This document shows, piece by piece, positions 60,401 to 64,000 of a DNA stretch of 64,000 nucleotides (the first letter of the stretch is position 1; each line of letters starts with the position of its first letter). Under the pieces are notes generated by a model. The model saw only the letters and a list, made by a program, of their open reading frames with translations. It was not told the origin of the DNA and did not search any database. This stretch comes from an uncultured Fibrobacteria bacterium (GTDB lineage: Bacteria; Fibrobacterota; Fibrobacteria; UBA11236), in NCBI GenBank assembly GCA_963716395.1, contig OY970309.1, positions 1,120,001-1,184,000 on the forward strand, read 5' to 3'. The translations under genes and the position numbers were made by a program.

Positions 60401-60555
60401 TGAATGGAGTCGTATTTACCTGCCGTGGCTTTGAGAGAATCGCCCACGGTCAGGGTCAGGATGGTATCTCCTCCGGAATTCGAAACATTGCAGGTCCACG
60501 CGAAAAAGGCCAAGGAGGCAAAGAAAACCAAGCGAATGAAATTTTTGCGAGTCAC
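57451..60555 (-). CDS. Large surface (lipo)protein: Ig/cadherin-like repeats plus C-terminal right-handed beta-helix
   Basis: Signal peptide ending FAWTC; Ig-like DKTPP/DITPP modules; GDGNSWTSAY..ELWVAKGIY, NC.F..N..GGA repeats, SPCINSG..VDMGAYE. Confidence 0.85.
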   Translation of the reverse strand: MTRKNFIRLVFFASLAFFAWTCNVSNSGGDTILTLTVGDSLKATAGKYDSIQIKAVVVNGTDTTNQKVVFHDAYKDSSQLQNLNLGHLPSNNFTIVLTGYRHDSLAIMLELPFTNGKAGAPKLDTLIVPDTAHTQNHKPLMWLALPDSGSTSFQINEGATLALHVMAKDSNAQDSARLLHLQNPLPSACGNPSYDTTSGAFSFKPAFACVDSGGDSVSATFNFVTEDQSHPPLYDTLDIQVTVLDSNSAPKWKADSASLAGKQGKVMSLRLDSLYLGDAEGDSVSFAASLGSISQNPLTWSFTPSFSDSGAKTVTITSTDSHKPPASSHLTLQLSIADSVRVLKVVINSPANGYVTRDSIVIVRWSVNGAAQTSDTTEHFSKEGQNGITRTYHDTLTNNAASDSITVTWDKTPPNKPSVTAPGLTKNQKPTWTWKSGGSGGCGYYRFKLDTAIFSDTVGKADSSFTPASNLSQGRHVLYIEERDVAGNWSAPDSSGIARIDITPPEIVIISPPDSLVTNQSSVQVQWSVDGVVQAAGTKSLNEGVNVIADSATDSAGNSSSMSITVTRRSNVLFVNAAAIAGGDGNSWTSAYKYLQTALGRAQSGQELWVAKGIYKPAAGRSDSDTFDTSFVMKTGVNMYGGFSGKEDDRTLRDWVSNETSLSGERGNPNDSTDNLGIIVFGADNATLDGFVLEKAYTAGYEYNAAMQNAFVSPQVFNCTFRDNNNVQQQYGGGAMLNSGSNANIQNCIFLRNSSQTYATVVLSGGAPTLSNCIFEDNTGPSGALDIEDGTPVIMSCQFISNHPSSTGGVGGVRINSGNTTILNTLFSGNAGNLGSSGGAISFTGSVNLTLENCVFTSNSASTGGAIYGSASTLNMSNCTFMNNSSMNNSGGDLYLNSPTGSAMQATVKNSIFWGSDIYRIVVASDTASVPEGIDSLSISYSDITGGTNSIQKIGAGVIQSMAGNIVDNPLFKNSASPTGLDGKYFTSDDGLNLFAHSPCINSGDTNTADLPATDITGARRVQSGRVDMGAYEQ

Positions 60556-60983
60556 GGCGATTCAAATCACAACCAAAAATCCAATGCGATAGAATAAAAG
60601 GCCGGGATGCCCGACTTCTCGGAAACGCCGAGGACATGTTTGAATCCGCCGAAGGCGGACGAGTTCGACAGGCCTTGCCGAGAAGTCGCCGACCGGCCCC
60701 GGGCATTTAGAATATGATTCGAATTCATTGAATGCTCCCAAGCTCATTTCACCACCTTAGGCCCGCCGCGGTGCAGGTACAAAACACTTGTTGGAAAGCC
60801 TAGAAAATTGGAATCCCGAGTGCCATTTCGAGTTACACAGTATCACGGCTTCGCAAATAAGAATTTTTTCAACCGAACGCATTCAAAAATTGGCGCTTTT
60901 CAGGGTGACGTAGGTCACAATTCACAGGATTGGTGAAGGGTTACCTTTTTCGGGGAACTTCGTAACCTAACCTCGGAGGCAAC

Positions 60984-62813
60984 ATGGGCAAACCCGCGGC
61001 GCGATTGACCGACAGCACAGCGCATGGCGGCCTGGTCACCGGCCCGGGCTGCCCGACCGTACTCATCGGCAAAATGCCGGCCGCCACCATGGGCGACATG
61101 CACGTTTGCCCCATGCTGACCCCGGGCGTGCCGCCCATTCCCCATGTGGGCGGGCCCATCACCTTGGGCAGCACCGGCGTATTCATCGGCAAGAAACCCG
61201 CGGCGCGCTTGGGCGATATGTGCGTGTGTGTAGGTCCGCCCTCGACCATCATCATGGGATGCATGACCGTGCTCATCGGCGAGGTGGGCAGCGGCTCGCA
61301 GGCCGCCAGCGCGGCCTCGGCATTAGCGGCGCAAGCGGCTAAAGCCACGGGCCCCAAGTCTTTGAAAGCGGGAGATCCTCCGCCGGTGCCGGAAGTGGCC
61401 ACGGAAAACCACATCATCGACTGCGAATTCACCGACGCGGCGGGCAAACCCTTGGCCGGCGTGGGCTATCGCATCAAAGACCCCAACGGAATGGAAATCG
61501 CGGGCGGCAGCACGGTGGAAGGCAAAGGGTATCATCCGGGTTACGCCAAAGCCGGGAGCTTCGAGATTCACGTTTTGTCGCTGAAGAACGCCAAGTGGAA
61601 GAAGAGCAAGGTGAAGATGGGCGAGGCCGCCGAGTTTTCGGTAGAAGCCGACTTGTTCGGAGACCACCCCGAAGTGTATGTGAACATCTACCAGTGCCGG
61701 GGCGGCCTGCGGCGCTGGGTGGCCAGCCAGGTGTTGCCGGTAAAAGGCGGCAAGGCCGAAGGCAAATGGCAGCCGAGTTATGAAGAACTGGGGGTCGAAG
61801 AAAATGACGCGGACGCGGCCGACGCTACGGATGCGGCGCCCCCGACCTATTCGGATCCGGCCACCTATGAATTCGTGTGCGACGGCAACGGCGTCATCGC
61901 GTTATCGGATGACATGCATTTTGTCGACGACCTGGAGATCGAGTTGTTGGACGCGAAGAACAAGGGTGTTCCGAATGCGGATTACGAAGTGGAATTCCCC
62001 AGCGGCGAGGTGAAAAAGGGAAAACTGGACGGAAGCGGCAAGGCGAAGCTGACCGAGGTGGAGCCGAGCCATGTCAAGATTCGGTTTCCGGGTGAAGACG
62101 AAAAGCAGAAGGAAAAGGAGAAAGCGGCGGGTAGTCCATCAAATTCATCAAGTGGGAAGAACAAAAACGAGACAGATGAAAAAGAAGACACTGGCGCGGC
62201 AAAGAAAAAACCGCCTGACAAGTTGGATATGCGCTTCCCGTTAGACGTGGACTTGCGCGAGATCATTAAAACAAAATTTTCATACCGCGAGGGAGAAAGG
62301 CAATTTGGAGCGCCCAGGAATGGTGGCAAGAGAGCTCATGCGGGTTGCGATTTATATGCCCCACTTGGAACGCCGATTTATGCAGTCGCGGACGGGACAT
62401 TCGCCAGATATGCAAATTTTTATGATCAAACCTGGGAAATCGAAATTAATCATGGGGAATTTACAGTTAGGTATGGTGAAGTGCAACCTCCTTGGAATCA
62501 GGCGTCCGAAATGTACGATTACCCTCCAGATCAAAACCAATGTAAAGGCATGCCCCATTTATTTAAACGAGATGAAATAATTAGCAAAGGTCAGTTGATT
62601 GGTTGGATTGGAGAATTACGCAAAGTTGATCACAATGGAAATGTTAAAACTATTAGACCTATGCTTCATTTTGAAATGTATTATAATCAAAGCCAAGGCC
62701 TTTTGACCGACTATTCAAATCTCACTTACGACTTTGTATCAGAAAAAAAATATATGCGAAGAAAGGACTTGCTCAATCCGGCAACGTTTTTGGATCAATC
62801 TTCGGATGCTTGA
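60984..62813 (+). CDS. PAAR-domain effector with C-terminal M23 peptidase toxin domain
   Basis: KPAARLTD, MPAATMGD, KPAARLGD; C-terminal RAHAGCDLYAP.GTPIYAVADG, VRYGEV, MLHFEMY; GC falls after ~62130. Confidence 0.88.
   Translation: MGKPAARLTDSTAHGGLVTGPGCPTVLIGKMPAATMGDMHVCPMLTPGVPPIPHVGGPITLGSTGVFIGKKPAARLGDMCVCVGPPSTIIMGCMTVLIGEVGSGSQAASAASALAAQAAKATGPKSLKAGDPPPVPEVATENHIIDCEFTDAAGKPLAGVGYRIKDPNGMEIAGGSTVEGKGYHPGYAKAGSFEIHVLSLKNAKWKKSKVKMGEAAEFSVEADLFGDHPEVYVNIYQCRGGLRRWVASQVLPVKGGKAEGKWQPSYEELGVEENDADAADATDAAPPTYSDPATYEFVCDGNGVIALSDDMHFVDDLEIELLDAKNKGVPNADYEVEFPSGEVKKGKLDGSGKAKLTEVEPSHVKIRFPGEDEKQKEKEKAAGSPSNSSSGKNKNETDEKEDTGAAKKKPPDKLDMRFPLDVDLREIIKTKFSYREGERQFGAPRNGGKRAHAGCDLYAPLGTPIYAVADGTFARYANFYDQTWEIEINHGEFTVRYGEVQPPWNQASEMYDYPPDQNQCKGMPHLFKRDEIISKGQLIGWIGELRKVDHNGNVKTIRPMLHFEMYYNQSQGLLTDYSNLTYDFVSEKKYMRRKDLLNPATFLDQSSDA
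62037..62131 (+). repeat. ~95-bp direct repeat preceding the toxin domain, copy 1
   Basis: ggcaaggcgaagctgaccgaggtggagccgagccatgtcaagattcggtttcc..aagcagaaggaaaaggagaa.gcggcgg. Confidence 0.93.
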
Positions 62814-62814
62814 T

Positions 62815-63321
62815 ATGCACAGACCCTTTAAAAAGGTTGTAATTATAATTACAGGAGCACTTTATATCTTGGCCAATGCAGCCGATTATTCTTTCAAAAT
62901 TCTTTCTAAAGACAATCCTGATCACCTCAAAGAAATTAAAAGGATGTACGTCGAAGGGAAATTAAAGCCCGAAGAAAATAATAGTTTCGGAGATGGGAAG
63001 AGAACAGATCTGGGCTATGAAATAATTTCAGAAAAACCCGATCTATGGTGTTTATGTTTTGCTTATTATCCGGGTCCAAGTCCGGATTCAAATCGGGTGC
63101 TTGACGCAATCGAGTGGAAGTCGAAAAGAGGAATTTTCATTGATATTACAGATTGTGCTTCCAAGCTCAATATCAACGAGATAATTCCGGCACTAGTTAC
63201 CAAAAAAAACGGAAAGACTATTGTTCTTAGGGCATGGGTAGGCAATCCCATGACTGAAAAATTCGAGGCCGTCCCAAAATCGGCTGTAAACTGTAGAGAC
63301 GAAAACGAAGACGAAGATTAA
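62815..63321 (+). CDS. Putative periplasmic immunity protein for the M23 effector
   Basis: Starts 2 nt after the effector stop; signal peptide; low GC; Cys residues; LRAW..EKFE..VNC end. Confidence 0.7.
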   Translation: MHRPFKKVVIIITGALYILANAADYSFKILSKDNPDHLKEIKRMYVEGKLKPEENNSFGDGKRTDLGYEIISEKPDLWCLCFAYYPGPSPDSNRVLDAIEWKSKRGIFIDITDCASKLNINEIIPALVTKKNGKTIVLRAWVGNPMTEKFEAVPKSAVNCRDENEDED

Positions 63322-63358
63322 TGGATTAGAGTTCATCACTAGGTAGAAGCGGAAAAGT

Positions 63359-64000
63359 TTGGATACCCAAGGCAAGGCGAAGCTGACCGAGGTGGAGCCG
63401 AGCCATGTCAAGATTCGGTTTCCCGGCGAGGATGCGAAGCAGAAGGAAAAGGAGAAGGCGGCGGGGGGTGGGTCGGGAGATTCTAACAAAAAAACCACCA
63501 TGGCTACAAATTGCGGAAGATGAAGCACGGAGATGGAAAGGACAATTAGAATCAGAGATTTCCAAATCCATGAATTATCATCAAGAAGTTGGGGTTAACA
63601 TTCCTAATCTCATCGGGAACGATCATCCTTGGTGCGCGTCATTCGTTAATTATTGTCTGCAAAAAACAGGGTTTAAAATTTCCCATCCTCCTGCACTTGC
63701 CCGATCGTTTTTAAACGATCCGAACTTTTTGTTGCTTGACCAGCCAATTTTCGGGGCAATTGCAGTAGTCGGAAACCATCACGTGGCTTTCATATACGCT
63801 TATGAATCGGCGACACGACTACCGATACTTCTCGGCGGTAATCAATCAGATCAAATCAATTTCAAAAGATTTTCAGGAGGAATAACCTACCACATTCCGG
63901 TGGATTATCATTACCACGAAGAAACGCTGACGGCTCTCAAAACAACATCGGCTGCGAAGTTAAATACTGCATTCGGAATCAGGCTTAACATTAAAGGATC
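63359..64000 (+). CDS. Orphan toxin cassette, TIGR02594/NlpC-P60-like peptidoglycan amidase; runs off window; +1 frameshift in A7 at 63488-63494
   Basis: Manual translation: LDTQGKAKLTEVEPSHVKIRFP.. then KKPPWLQIAEDEA..NDHPWCASFVNYCL..FGAIAVVGNHHVAF..LLGGNQSDQI; absent from the ORF track. Confidence 0.8.
63371..63466 (+). repeat. ~95-bp direct repeat, copy 2 (head of orphan cassette)
   Basis: Matches 62037-62131. Confidence 0.93.

Overview
GC-rich bacterial chromosome segment. A Fibrobacterota/FCB-like origin is inferred from the secreted enzymes with T9SS/FlgD-like C-terminal domains, the PorV-like barrel and several lineage-type unknown proteins. The centre (about 9.5-60.5 kb) holds housekeeping genes (ftsX-envC, rnhB, purN, queG, clpB, lone flgB, pyk, gcvH, murD, clpS, HU/IHF, two split peptide-ABC ATPases), a LacI-centred galactoside cluster, and outer-membrane/secreted proteins. 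Each end carries a polymorphic effector locus. Left (1-8997, minus strand): a roughly 890-codon putative effector, frameshifted as given, followed by at least five tandem ~1.12-1.16 kb cassettes. Each cassette has a near-identical 225-bp copy of the effector's penultimate segment, a variable ~41-45 aa tip, and a coupled signal-peptide/MORN-repeat partner gene whose N-terminal domain varies with the tip and whose tail occurs in two shuffled alleles. Right (60984-64000): a PAAR-M23 peptidase effector, a likely immunity gene, and an orphan TIGR02594-like amidase cassette joined by a ~95-bp repeat. The two effectors appear to share an Ig-like domain. Many indels in the left array look like consensus/polishing errors. 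No rRNA, tRNA, CRISPR array or intact IS was recognised. All family calls are by eye, without database searches.
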